NCBI GenBank assembly: GCA_040954595.2
Contig: CM082579.2
Coordinates: 14,075,834-14,139,833 of the forward strand
Origin: Balanoglossus misakiensis
Lineage: Eukaryota > Animalia > Hemichordata
DNA length: 64,000 bases
Direction: 5' to 3'
Made by a program: the position numbers and the translations under genes
The notes under the pieces: generated by a model
Databases searched by the model: none
Told to the model about the DNA's origin: nothing
What the model saw: the letters and a program-made list of their open reading frames with translations, nothing else
Part shown: piece after piece, positions 10,360 to 21,703 of the stretch
Numbering within the stretch: the stretch's first letter is position 1
How the letters are laid out: every line of letters begins with the position of its first letter

Positions 10360-12600
10360 TCACAGCATAAGTTTCTTGAGTTTATTTGATATTTTACCAG
10401 TGACAGCTGCTTTTTTTATGTCATCCATAATTGGGTCAACACATATTTCACAGGCAGTCATTGTTTCATTTTTCAAATTGCCACACATACAGTAGCCTGC
10501 ATTCTCATAATATCGACTGGGAATGTATTTTTCTTTTTCTTTAAGCTCAAATTGACCTACATTTGCCCTTCTATAGTTGTCAGCTTTTGGACTTTTGTTC
10601 CTCAGCCAAAAAAGCATCACATATTCGTGTCGAAATATGAGGGCCCACCTATTTTGAGGTGTAGAATTTTCACTGAATTCTAGCAGGCGTAGATGCTTTG
10701 CCTCTCTGCCTTCCATTGTGTTTAGGCCTAATCCCAGACTGAATTGCTTATAGATACTAGTGGTGTGTTTTGGGACTACATAACCAATGTGCCACACAGT
10801 ATTATTGACATTCAGAAACAGGGAATGTAGATTAAAGTACCACCGACACTTATGCCTAAGTACAAGCAAATCTCCCTCATTTATGTTGAATCGTGAGAAT
10901 AACAAAGTGATATCTCTAAGCAAGATACCAGTATATGTGTAGAGAGCTAATTGAGCCCGACGCTTTGGACTGTCTGTATCGCTTCTCAATGCTAATACCA
11001 ATCCCATGAAATGCCAAGCAAGTTTGCGAGACTCCTCACCAGTGAAGCGATAAACCACATTAATGTTGGCATTTGACTTGACACTATTTTCATTGAAGTA
11101 TTTTACAATCTTATTATACAACTTTCCAGCTTTTACTTGATATTTTAGGGCAGACAGGAATTTGTACAGATATGACTCGTTAGGTAGATTCTCAATTTTA
11201 ACTCCATTTTAACGACCCTTTTCCGAAGTGTGGGCAACTGCGTCAATCAGTAATCGTTGGAAGTAGTATTGCCATGCATTGTTCTTTAAATGCAATGGCT
11301 CAGCCTTGGCACAATCAATAAATCTACCCAACGGTGGTACAAATTCCTGTCTTGACCTCAGACTGGCTATAAATTGTGTGATTTTGGGTCGCACTGTTTT
11401 GGGCTTTCCAGTTTTAATTTTCTTAGTTGACTTCAACTTTTCAACAGCTTCTGCATCTTTAATTCTTTTCTGATATTTCCATTCATCCCACTTCTGACCT
11501 GGGCCAATTTCTGCTCCAATACAATCAATATCATTTTTGGAAACGTTAGCAAATGAGCTGAAATACTTTGCTGCATTGCTTAGTTCTCCAGACACACTGG
11601 CCAATCCCTTCTGATCAAAGGGTAAAAGTGACACCTGAAAAGTTACATCAAGACTGCCAACTTTATATTTACGTTTCTCAATACACTCAAGGTCTTTTGA
11701 CAATGCAATTGCAAATTCAATCATTATGGGGTCATCCTCTTTTATGTTTGCCCCTAATAGGAGAAAATTGTGGTCTGGGCTAGCAACACGGTGGGTCACA
11801 TTCAAGAAACTAACTAGCCATGCAGTGGCCTGTCCATGTTTGCCAAACGGAGCCCCGTCAGCACCTATACTGATTTGAAATGAGCCCTCCTGTTTACCGA
11901 ACCAGTTAAGAATATCAGGCTGTGTTTCCCCCATATTTAAATATAAACTGGCAATCTTAATAAGCAACTCCTCAGGGTTTCTTTTTAAGCCGACTTGTTT
12001 GCCTTCAGATGATATAATTGGCTCAAGATTTCCAATGTCAAGGTTACTTACATACTGTACAACTTTTGTGTATGGGAGCAGTCTTGGTATTCTACAGCCA
12101 GAATGAATTTCTAATGCTTTCCTAGGATGTTTCAAGTTGGAGAACATCTGAAGTTCACTCTGCCTCAGACAGTTATATTTTCGTTTGGATAGTACTCCGC
12201 CCTCATACATAGTTCTGACACTCCTCACCAAATTGTTCTCACTTTTCTCAAATTTACTGATGTATTTATCAAATACTGATGGCATTACTTTTTTACTGAT
12301 TTGGGGAGAGGTTCTGAAGTATGTTTTCATTTGGTCAGGAGTGGCAGAATTAACAAGAGTATACCACAAACCATCAAGTGCTGCTTTTGGTGGATGTAGT
12401 ACATTCGGTTTATTTATACCTTTGGCTGGGCTTACATCTGTAGTTGCTACATGAATATTTATGGCTGCTGATAAGGTTTCACACCTACGTTCATACTGTT
12501 GACGTCGCGACAGCTTCAAAGATTCACTATTATCTGCACATACTTCAGTGTTCTTGTGGACCCATTTAGAGCGTTTCACATTAACATCATCAACAGGAAT
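10360..12600 (-). pseudogene. RAG1/Transib/Chapaev-like DDE transposase, main exon (one in-frame TAA at 11209-11211)
   Basis: ORFs 11209-12579 and 10360-11121 share a frame and the gap translates openly. Motifs in RAG1 order: LSRRQQYERR, LSKRKY, IGADG (D 11857-59), FDQK (D 11614-16), EPLHLK, MEGREAKH (E 10702-04), C-terminal CxC...CxxC. Phase-0 acceptor TTTCAG at 12601. Confidence 0.85.
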
Positions 12601-12953
12601 CTGAAAGATTAAGTGTGTGATAAATATATACTAATTAGAATATAATCATTATATATAAAATAAAATCTTCTTACAAGTTAATCATTAATTTAAATGTCCT
12701 TGATAAGAAATACACACGTGTAGCCTGTATTTTTCTGACAACTTCTGCAATAAAAATCCTAAAAAATATATATAGTTTGTTGGAAAACCTAGATGTTTTG
12801 CATCAAAGCTGAACCCATTTTGTTATCATTGTTTACACAGGATCATGTGACATGAAGTTCAAAAAGCGAATTTGGGCTAAAATTTGAAGAGGATTTATAC
12901 AAATCTGAGATTTTTAAAATTATGACTAAGTCTATTTATCTGATGTAGCTTAC

Positions 12954-13393
12954 CTTTCTCTTATTATTCTTTGTAGCTAAGATCTCACAAATCTTACTGT
13001 TCTTCTTCTCTAGTCTAGCTGGGTTGAGGATCTTTTTACTAGTCTCCTAGCTGCACTCAACTTATTCAACTTATCCTGAATTATGCTTTCTTCCTCATCT
13101 CTCTTTCTCTTTCTCTGTCTACACCACTCTCCTAAGTTAAACCTGTGTTTAGTCTGTCCTCTCTTTGTTCTAACTACCAATAGGTTGTTGGCCACGCTCC
13201 CAGACAAAGATCTAGTCTTCAATTTCTCCTGATATAGTTGTTGCAAACACTTCTCTTCAGCTACCTGTCCCGCTATCTTTTGGTCCTTTGCCCACTGGCC
13301 TATGTTGAAGTAACTTTTCCCTTTTCTATTCGGCATAACAATAGACAAACTTTTAAGAAGTGCGCTACTCCTGTTGAATAGTTTGCCCCACAT
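12954..13393 (-). pseudogene. N-terminal coding exon of the transposase (frameshifted by a 5-bp duplication)
   Basis: ORF 13010-13426. Removing one TCTAG of the tandem at 13009-13018 extends it (LEKKNSKICEILATKNNKRK) to a phase-0 AG|GTAAG donor at 12954/12953, matching the 12601 acceptor. Start is ATG 13393 or 13336. Confidence 0.7.
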
Positions 13394-14201
13394 GGCTCTA
13401 AATCTATACCTGAAAAGGGTGAACAAGAGAAATATCTTTACAATAATTATCTATCCGAGGGAAGCAAAAACAAAACACCTGCTCATTATACTTCCTCCAG
13501 AAATTGAGGTCAAAGGTGACATAGAAAGAATGTGGGTAACCTTACCATAACAATCTCGCCCGTTCATTTTTTTCTTATTTCGTTTTCACCCTCGAATTTC
13601 CAGCGAATTATATCAAGAATATATTTTAGCACAAACTATTGGTTTCTGATTTTTCAGTTACGGTCTTATTTTCTGTCAATTCTATGAACAATATCACCAT
13701 GTCGCTGAAAATTCGAAGCGCCGCCATTACAATCAATGTAACCCGTGCTGCTGCCAAGGAACACACAGGGTCGTATATTTTCGCTTGGTATGATTTCGTC
13801 ATATTGCTTGTAGCAGCATTTTAAACATGGAATCCTATGTTTACGTATAAAAGACTAAATTCGTATGGTTTTCAAATTGAAAAAAACAATTCTGTGAAGC
13901 TGAATCGTTGTAATTTTTAGTGTTTGTTTATGGTTGCTTAGGACGGCTTCTGCTATAGCAACGGCCAGGGACTGTCAGCGGGTGATCAAAATGTTCAAGT
14001 TATTTGGCTGATACACATAAATAACACAGCAGAATCGCAACTTTATTTCATATTGTCTCTGACATCTTGCTAATTTTACTAAACAAAACTTGGAATAAAG
14101 CAATATTACTCACCGAATTATGCTGTGCATCGACAGCTGTGTTCGATCGCGAACGCCATTACTGTGTCTAATTAAATATTCATGAGCTTCATAGGCTGCC
14201 A

Positions 14202-14242
14202 CGGAAATACTGCCCATAGGTGGCGTCGTTCAAGCTGTAGTG
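14202..14242 (-). repeat. Right bipartite terminal inverted repeat
   Basis: Reverse complement reads CACTACAG + 18 nt + TGGGCAGTATT (14206-14216) + TCCG. Confidence 0.88.
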
Positions 14243-14245
14243 ACA

Positions 14246-15872
14246 GGTGGTGGTTCCCAGAGTGTATCGTAACCAGGTGATGAGACTAGCCCATGAATCA
14301 GTGCTGGGTGGTCACCACGGAACTCACAAGACCACAGACAAGATCCTCAGCAACTTCGTTTGGCCTGGGCTAACATCAGATGTTTCCCGTTACTGTCAGT
14401 CCTGTGATTCATGTCAACGGACACAACCAAAGGGACGGGTGACCAAGGTACCACTTGGAAGTATGCCACTAATAGATATCCCTTTCCTACGTATTGCAGT
14501 AGACCTGGTTGGCCCTATTCATCCATGCACTGAACGCAAGAATAGGTACATACTTACTGTTGTTGATTATGCAACACGCTATCCGGAGGCTGTTGCATTG
14601 ACTAACATTGATACCAAGACTGTTGCAGAGGCGCTCCTGGACATCTACTCAAGAGTGGGGTGTCCACGTGAAATTCTGACAGATCAAGGAACTCAATTTA
14701 CATCAGATGTGATGCGTGAGGTCAGCCGGCTTTTGTCTATAAAGCAGAAGACTACCACCCCATACCACCCAGCATTCAATGGTCTAGTGGAACGGTTCAA
14801 TGGTACATTGAAACTCATGCTCAGGAAGATGTGTGAGGAACGTCCAACATATTGGGATCGTTATCTGAATGCTTTACTATTTGCCTACAGAGAAACGCCT
14901 CAATCGAGCACAGGATTCTCTCCGTTTGAGTTACTTTATGGGAGGAGTGTGCGTGGTCCAATGGCTATCTTGAAAGAACTATGGACTGGAGAGATCAGTG
15001 AACCAGAAACCAAAACGACTTATCAATACATCCTTGATCTTCAAAAGAAATTAAAGAAGGCATGCGATTTAGCAAGACAAGAACTGAAGATATCACAAGG
15101 CAAATACAAGTCCTACTACAATAGAAAGGCCAAATGGAGGAAGTTCAACAAAGGTGACGAGGTGTTATTGCTACTACCTACTGACCATAATAAACTACTT
15201 ATGCACTGGAAGGGTCCTTTTCCAGTGGTGGAGAAAGCGAGCAATATGGATTACAAGATTGACTTTGGTCATAGGGTGAAAACATTCCATGCCAACCTGT
15301 TGAAGAGGTACTATCGAAGAACTGATCAGCTAGATGAAGTATCAGCTGGACTTCTTGAGATTGTGTGTGTATCTGTGATAGATGAGCAGAGTTATGAATC
15401 TTCAGAAGTACAAGAGAACACAGGGGTTAAAGTAAACGATGACTTACTGCGGGTTCCTGCATTCAAGCAGAAAGAATTTGCTGCAGATGTGAATGTATGT
15501 GACAACTTGTCAGACATACAGGAGCAAGTGGTGAGGAGGTTGCTGATCAATTACAAAAATATGTTAACTGATATTCGTGGTAACACCAACCTGGGTTTCC
15601 ATGACATCAAGTTGATGGATCCAACACCAGTATGCAGTAGGCCATACCCCATCCCTCATGCACTCCGTGAAGCAGTGAAAGATGAAGTCAAAACGATGAT
15701 TAAGATGGGAGTAGCTGAACCTTCAGAGAGTCCATATGCTGTTCCACTGGTAATGGTGAAGAAATCTGATGGGTCCAATCGTTGTTGTGTTGACATGAGA
15801 AAGCTCAATCGCATAACAGTGTTTGATGCAGAGCCTACACCAGACCTGAGTGAGCTTTTTGCTTTTTGCTAA
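14246..15872 (+). pseudogene. pol: Gypsy pol: integrase (HHCC, DDE core, GPF motif) followed by the RT N-terminus
   Basis: LAHESVLGGH...CQSCDSCQ, AVDLVGP, LTDQGTQF, NGLVERFN, WKGPF; then PYPIP, SPYAVPLVMVKK, CVDMRKLN. Confidence 0.92.
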
Positions 15873-16255
15873 GTTATCCAAGGATCACTATTTCACTAAA
15901 GTAGATCTCAGCAAAGAATATTGGCAAGTCCCGTTGACTGATAATTCTAAACAATTGACGGCATTTATCACGCATGATGGGCTATACCAATTTATCAAAA
16001 TGCCTTTCGGACTTGTAAATAGTGCTGCGACTTTTAGCAGAATTATGAGAAGATTGTTAAGAGATATGAAGAACGTAGACAACTATATCGATCACATACT
16101 GATCCACACTGCATCATGGGAAGAACATATCAAGACAATTACAGATTTGATGAGCAGACTACGAAAGGCAAAGTTAACAGCTAGACCAACTAAGTGTTAT
16201 GTGGGTTATGAGCAGATCGATTTCCTGGGTCATGTGGTTGGTCATGGTGAACTAG
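15850..16255 (+). pseudogene. pol: Gypsy reverse transcriptase core (frameshifted, catalytic motif mutated, truncated)
   Basis: DLSKEYWQV, MPFGL, YIDH (YIDD expected), FLGHVVG. The frameshift comes from a 7-bp tandem GCTTTTT duplication at 15854-15867. Confidence 0.9.
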
Positions 16256-16299
16256 TCCTGTTTCAAAATGACCTACATTACAGGTCGTATGCACACGTA

Positions 16300-16610
16300 T
16301 TACATGTTCTGATTGGTTTATCCACTTCTCTATGGTCCACTTGCGGCTCGCTGATTGGAGGGACCTTATGTGTTAGGTCTTATTACTATGTATTATTCAC
16401 CAGACCTTGTAGGTTAGGTCTTATTACAATGCATTATTCACTTTACAGCTCCCTGATTGGTTAATGTGTAGGTCTGGTCCTCCAGTGTTCACTGCCTCAT
16501 TATGCAGGACCTTGTAGGTTAGGTCTTATTAATATGTATTTATTCACCATACAGCTCCCTGATTGGTTAACGTGTCAGTCTGGTCCCCCCCAGTGTTCAC
16601 TGCCTCATTG
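16300..16610 (+). repeat. Degenerate ~105-bp tandem repeat at the Gypsy truncation point
   Basis: GACCTTGTAGGTTAGGTCTTATTA...CTCCCTGATTGGTTAA...CAGTGTTCACTGCCTCATT occurs twice, with partial copies upstream. Confidence 0.7.
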
Positions 16611-17597
16611 TGAAATGTCCCATGTGCTTCCTGGCTAGCATTGTGGTAACATATTATTCGGGGTGTCCGCAGATCGTTCATTGATTTTCTGAGAAATAGC
16701 CTAACTGATACTATCTCCAACATAAACCGCACCCTGGAAAGATTAAATGATCTTTTAGGTGGACTTTGAAAATCTGATTAACTCATCTAAGCATTTTAGC
16801 TAAGTTGTATATTTTTTTAATTATAATCATACAAAATACTTAAAAAATAAAAACAATGTTCAGTTTTAATACCCACTGATGAGGGGAAACATCAGTTTCA
16901 AATTCTTTTCATGGGAGCGCTTGAGCAGAGTTATGAGTTTTGCTCTGTGAAAGAAAATGGGGGGATTTCAAAATTTTGGCAGTTCGGAAGGGGGATTTCA
17001 AAATATTTCGGGTTGTGAAAGGGGGGGGGGCATGTGAAAATTAGCGGTAAAAGATGAATCCCCCCCCCCTCCAGAGGTGTTTGTGAATGCAGCCTAAGAA
17101 AGAAAAAATGTGAAATGGGTCAAATATGGGCCGGACGTGCCCATTCAACTCAATTTACTTTTGTTTGCTTTAAGTAGGAATTGATCACAGCTATATTTAT
17201 TTTGGACACCTGAGCGACAAGAAAACAATCTGATTCTACATTTTAAAAAGCGTCATTGGAAAAGCACTGCAATTTTGTTTCTTGCTTTAAAAAAGTTTGG
17301 GGTGGCATGTAATAATTAAGGTGTGTCTAAATTACTAATTTGGTGCACCTCAAAGCCCTTAGCCAATGTAAATTATATCCTGCATTGTATTCATGAAGGA
17401 TATCCTCCCGCGAGGTCAATGCCATTCAATGTCAAACAGTCTCAACAAAGACCATTGGACACTCATAGCCGTTTTGTATGAAAGTGACTGGAGTACGAGA
17501 TGAGTTTCATGACAACAACAAATCATGCTCAGTCTCGCTGCAGGGTCTATAATTTCAATAACGGCTAGACGCTGGACACTATCTTAGGTAACACTTT

Positions 17598-17653
17598 AGG
17601 GTCATAGTGCTGGAACGACATGTTTAAACAGGTCGTTCCGGCACTCTGACCCT
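17598..17653. repeat. 56-bp near-perfect palindrome
   Basis: AGGGTCA.AGTGC.GGAACGAC.TGTTT|AAACA.GTCGTTCC.GCACT.TGACCCT. Confidence 0.8.
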
Positions 17654-18147
17654 TTCGGCCCCAGTCGTTTCAGCCCCCATTTTCCACGACCCAAGTCGTT
17701 ACAGCCCGGACAGTAACACCCCAAACATTTCAACACTTATCAGGGAAGACCTTAGCCCAACTATTAAAACTTGGCTTGAACCTACTTAAGTTCTCCGCAT
17801 GAAATATGAGCGAGCGTTGTCAGAGGACGACCGCTACGCACACTTTGGGCGTGACCGAATCAAACAGAATTGAATATTCTATATTCGGAAAAAACACCTT
17901 ATCTCCGTTTTGCCGTTGACAAACCGATTTCTGTCATGACAGTTACTCCCGGGGACTGTGACAGACCATATACAGACAGTAGAGGCCGCGCGCTGGGGGT
18001 CTACACAAGTCACTACAGCTGATGTAAGCAAGTACAACATGCTTTGCTTGCAGGAATGTTCCATTTTCAATAGAGGGGTGTGTATATTCAGAGGGAATGT
18101 CAGTCGGGGCCCTGGCTGGCAACATGCGGCGTATATATTGACAATCT

Positions 18148-19075
18148 TAGCCGGGAGACCAGGGCGTCGATCTAAAATACAACGCTCGGGGACAGTCGAG
18201 CAAGTCCTGCTGAGCTGAAAGATAGTAGTCTTGGCAACGATCGAGGTCGCTTAGTAACAAATGGATAACGAGTGATCTATCAAATGTTGATGGGCGCCAG
18301 TGGTTGGATGATATAATTAAAGGCACGTAAGCTGTAACTGGATAAAAAATTAAAGTTTTAAATAATCTCATATATGCTTTTAATTATGTCTATTAAATGC
18401 TATTTCATGATAATATATCAAGCTCAACACTTATTTATGACAAAATGGCCAAAAATTAAAGAAAAACGAAAATTCCTGCAATTTTAAAAAAAGCGCAATA
18501 TTGCAATGAAAAATGAAAATCGGATGTCTCAGTGGTGTACATTTACTTCCATGAGCTCAAGTGGATGAGATCATGTTTTGTTTATGAAGTTTCACAACCG
18601 GAAATGCAACATTTTCATTGTTTCTTGCATTTTCCCATGGTGGCGGCCATAATCGCTTGCGGCAAAGCTTTATTATTTATCTGGTTAAAACTTGCATATG
18701 CACTCATACTTAGGGTTTATAATGCTTGTGTATTGTTCACTACCTTCATCTGTATGGACTAATGGTAGTGCAGTTTGAAACAAAAATTATGAAAATTATC
18801 CCAAAAGTTACACCTTACGTGCCTTTAACAAAGCTTGGTTATGAATATTCATACACCTTCAAAACCACTCCCACATCCCATCGCGGGAATTTCACACATG
18901 ACTCCACCTCTATTTCCTTATTTAGAAGGCGACGATGTCATGTGGTTAACATTGAGTGACCAATTAGCTTACACGCAAGATTTACCACACGTGTCGTTCT
19001 ACGAACAGAATTCTGTTCGTAAATAGAGACTGTCCCCGGGCGTTTCTTTTCCCCGACGCCCTGGTCTCCAGGCTA
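18148..19075. mobile_element. Non-autonomous DNA transposon with TAG...CTA ends and 9-bp TSD (AcademH-like)
   Basis: TIR TAGCC.GGAGACCAGGGCGTCG at both ends; perfect TSD TGACAATCT at 18139-18147 and 19076-19084. Confidence 0.8.
18321..18824. mobile_element. Non-autonomous Kolobok-like element nested in the Academ-like element
   Basis: TTAA|AGGCACGTAAG.TGTAACT ... AGTTACA.CTTACGTGCCT|TTAA. Confidence 0.82.
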
Positions 19076-19386
19076 TGACAATCTCGCTGATAGGCGCAGC
19101 TGGAATTTATGTTTCTGTGGTATGATTATTGTATTTTATCAATGCACAATCACGATGGGCGAGTTTCAAGCAAGCAATTGGATTCGCTTCAATCCCTCAC
19201 TAAAATCTAGACTGCACCACTGTATAATAACACAATACAGTCTTCTAGCCTCATGGTATAAACAGGAACTCTTGTCTGCTGGACATCCGGGTACTTTGGT
19301 CTACTGAGTGAACGCGTTACGTATAGAGGTAGCGCAAAGTGAAAACCTATTTAAGGCAGCCACAACAATCAGTGTTGACGTACATA

Positions 19387-19491
19387 CAATCTGACTAAAA
19401 TCGCAGTTGGTATGACGACAGCATACTAATAATACTGTACCACATAAGTAAAAGACGTCGTCGTACCATACATCTGATTTTATTCAGATTA
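19387..19491. mobile_element. Short hairpin MITE (older copy)
   Basis: AATCTGACTAAAATC...GATTTTATTCAGATT; related to 19751-19861. Confidence 0.6.
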
Positions 19492-19508
19492 CTGCATATT
19501 TGCATATA

Positions 19509-19715
19509 CTGTGAAACAAGTTATTTTCGCGAGCAATACATTTTCGCGAGATACGTGAGAGCCAAAATGGTATGAAAATAAGAGGTCGCATAATTATTTT
19601 TGAAGATAACGATGCAGTGAATGAAATAAGAGAACGCGAAAATTAATACTCGCGAAACAGTAGCCTCTCTCGATATCGTGAAAATTTCAACTCGCTAAAA
19701 TAAAGTGTTTTACAG
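19509..19715. mobile_element. MITE with TA flanks (Tc1/mariner-type)
   Basis: TA|CTGTGAAACA...TGTTTTACAG|TA, with internal TTTTCGCG/CGCGAAAA subrepeats in inverted arrangement. Confidence 0.65.
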
Positions 19716-19750
19716 TAGTTTATGTATGTAAAGTGTTCCTGATGTTAACA

Positions 19751-19861
19751 CAATCTGATTAAAATCAGATGTAGGCCTAGGGAATGGCGACGTAGTTTTT
19801 TGATGCTGCGACAGCATAAAAAACACGTCGCCGTTCCCTACATCTGATTTTAATCAGATTA
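19751..19861. mobile_element. Short hairpin MITE
   Basis: AATCTGATTAAAATCAGATGTAGG...CCTACATCTGATTTTAATCAGATT; the flanks share GTTAACA (imperfect TSD). Confidence 0.7.
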
Positions 19862-19974
19862 GCGTTAACATAACTTTATCAGAATAAGTTAACGCCATAA
19901 CTTTGACAGAATAAGAGTTGCCTCAAACGGCTCTAACCGAATTTCCATTAATAGCAGAACAAACAAGCTGTAAT

Positions 19975-21703
19975 CAATACGCCAACCTTTAAAATATTAC
20001 TTTAGAAAGTTTGTATTCATACTTTCTTCAAGTTGTCATAACGCTAACCCGAAATGTGTTTTAGTATTGCCTTTGTATTAATGGGCTAGATTCATGGCGT
20101 TATATGTCATAAATTAAAAAGACAACCCTTATTGTTTTTGATAATATTTATGTCGGAGAATCCACAATGAAAAATATGTATTTTCAATTTCATAACTCAA
20201 AATAATTTCCAAATCCATGACCTTATTTTAGGTACGCAAGGAGAAACTGCCCACAAGAAGCTGCGAGTGAAACTATTTAAGGTAGTATGTGCCTCGCGGT
20301 CCGAGATTCAGACAAATGATAGTCCTCAAAACTTTTTCAAGTAATTGATTTACTAAAGTGTGTGGTGAGTCTCTTTGAAAACAACAACAATATTACTCAT
20401 CATATTGTAATTTTTTGAAACTATAAAATGAAGTTGACAATGCACCAAACAGATTCTATTTATTTCTTCATGACCATGTTCACCCCAAGGTCCTGCAAGT
20501 ATATGCCAGAGCCAGAGACGACATTACCGAAGCCAGAGTTTAAAGCTTACAGGTCACCCCTTGCCAGCTCATGACTAGCTAAACTGCCATGGATGCCAAG
20601 AGATATATGACTACGGTAACCTGTAGATGGTTTCAGTATGTTTGAAGAAAGTGGTGGCGCACTTTTGGCTACATTTGAAATGGCTATGGTACCAGTGGTT
20701 GAATTTGCAAAGGTGACCTTTGACCTGGCATCTTTAAAGATATTAAAGAACGATTTACCATTCCTTGTTGTCGTAAAATGACATCTGTAATAACTTATAT
20801 TTTATCTGTTCATCTTGAAGTACTATATATTTAAACGCCAATTTTCCATTGCCAATCAAGTTTTTACAAATAAATTGTAATATGCATGTTGATTTTACAA
20901 AAACTCCTTACTTCCAAGTGAATTCTGTTACACATCACGTAACTATTTTCCCCACGAATTCTTCAGTTGCTAACTCGGAAATTTCATATATTGGGCAGAA
21001 ATTGGATACATTACCCAGCCATTAAAATTACAGTTTTCTATTTTAATTGATCGTCCATAACTTCAAGTACTTTGACTTGACATACATTAAAAACATCATG
21101 GTGAATAAATAAAAATTATTTGATTATCTAATTGTGCATGTTTACATGGTTTTATTTTAGTATGCTGGGTACTTAATGTCTAATGGCTCGCTGATTTTAT
21201 ACTGTTCAAGATGACAATCTAATTTTAGTTTTCAGCTGATAATTGAAATCAATGATTCAAAAAAATTGAATTTTGACATGAATAAACTTCTTGTTCATGG
21301 CAGTTGCTGTGTTTTGTTTCATTTGTATTCAATTTTTGCAAGCATACCATTGAGCACAGTTTGATTTGATTAAACACGTTTATCGGAAAATTTTGTCATT
21401 TGAAATATCTGTTTTTGCGCCCTCTACCATTTGACCAAATGATTCTCTTATTTTGGTGGCCTTTGTCTGTGTATATGAGAATACTATAGTACTCTCGCAT
21501 CGATCATAGTAGAAGTTGAAAACGTCTCTTGCCACGTGGCCTGGAAGAAAGGCGATCTTTAGAGTAAAAAAAACAAACTATCCAGATAGGAAGCTAGAAA
21601 AGAAGTTGAATCGTTGAAATTTTATTTATTTTATATTGTTAATATCGTTGGTGATGTTGACTGGCCGACAATCTTTGTCACACGAGTCTTTTCAGGCAGA
21701 TTA
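19975..21703 (+). repeat. ~1.7-kb direct repeat, copy 2 (lacks ~200 bp equivalent to ~3437-3634)
   Basis: Collinear with 3183-5117; runs directly into the satellite. Confidence 0.9.

Larger units (their letters stand above)
8773..14242 (-). mobile_element. Full-length 5,470-bp DNA transposon of the CMC/Transib/RAG1 lineage with two convergent genes
   Basis: ACA duplicated at 8770-8772 and 14243-14245; ends CACTGCGG and CTGTAGTG. Removing the element and one ACA restores the host pol frame EKLL-Q-VVVPRVYR. Contains a DDE transposase. Confidence 0.93.
5365..16255 (+). mobile_element. Gypsy/Ty3 LTR retrotransposon, Gmr1-like clade (integrase upstream of RT); decayed, 3'-truncated, interrupted by a DNA transposon
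   Basis: PBS, Gag CCHC knuckle, aspartic protease, HHCC+DDE+GPF integrase, then RT. Homology stops after FLGHVVG (~16255); no RNase H or 3' LTR seen. The 5' boundary is tentative. Confidence 0.88.

Noticed and set aside
16256-16464. C-terminal part of the 204-aa ORF as RT/RNase H
   Set aside because: RT similarity ends at FLGHVVG; the rest is tandem repeat.
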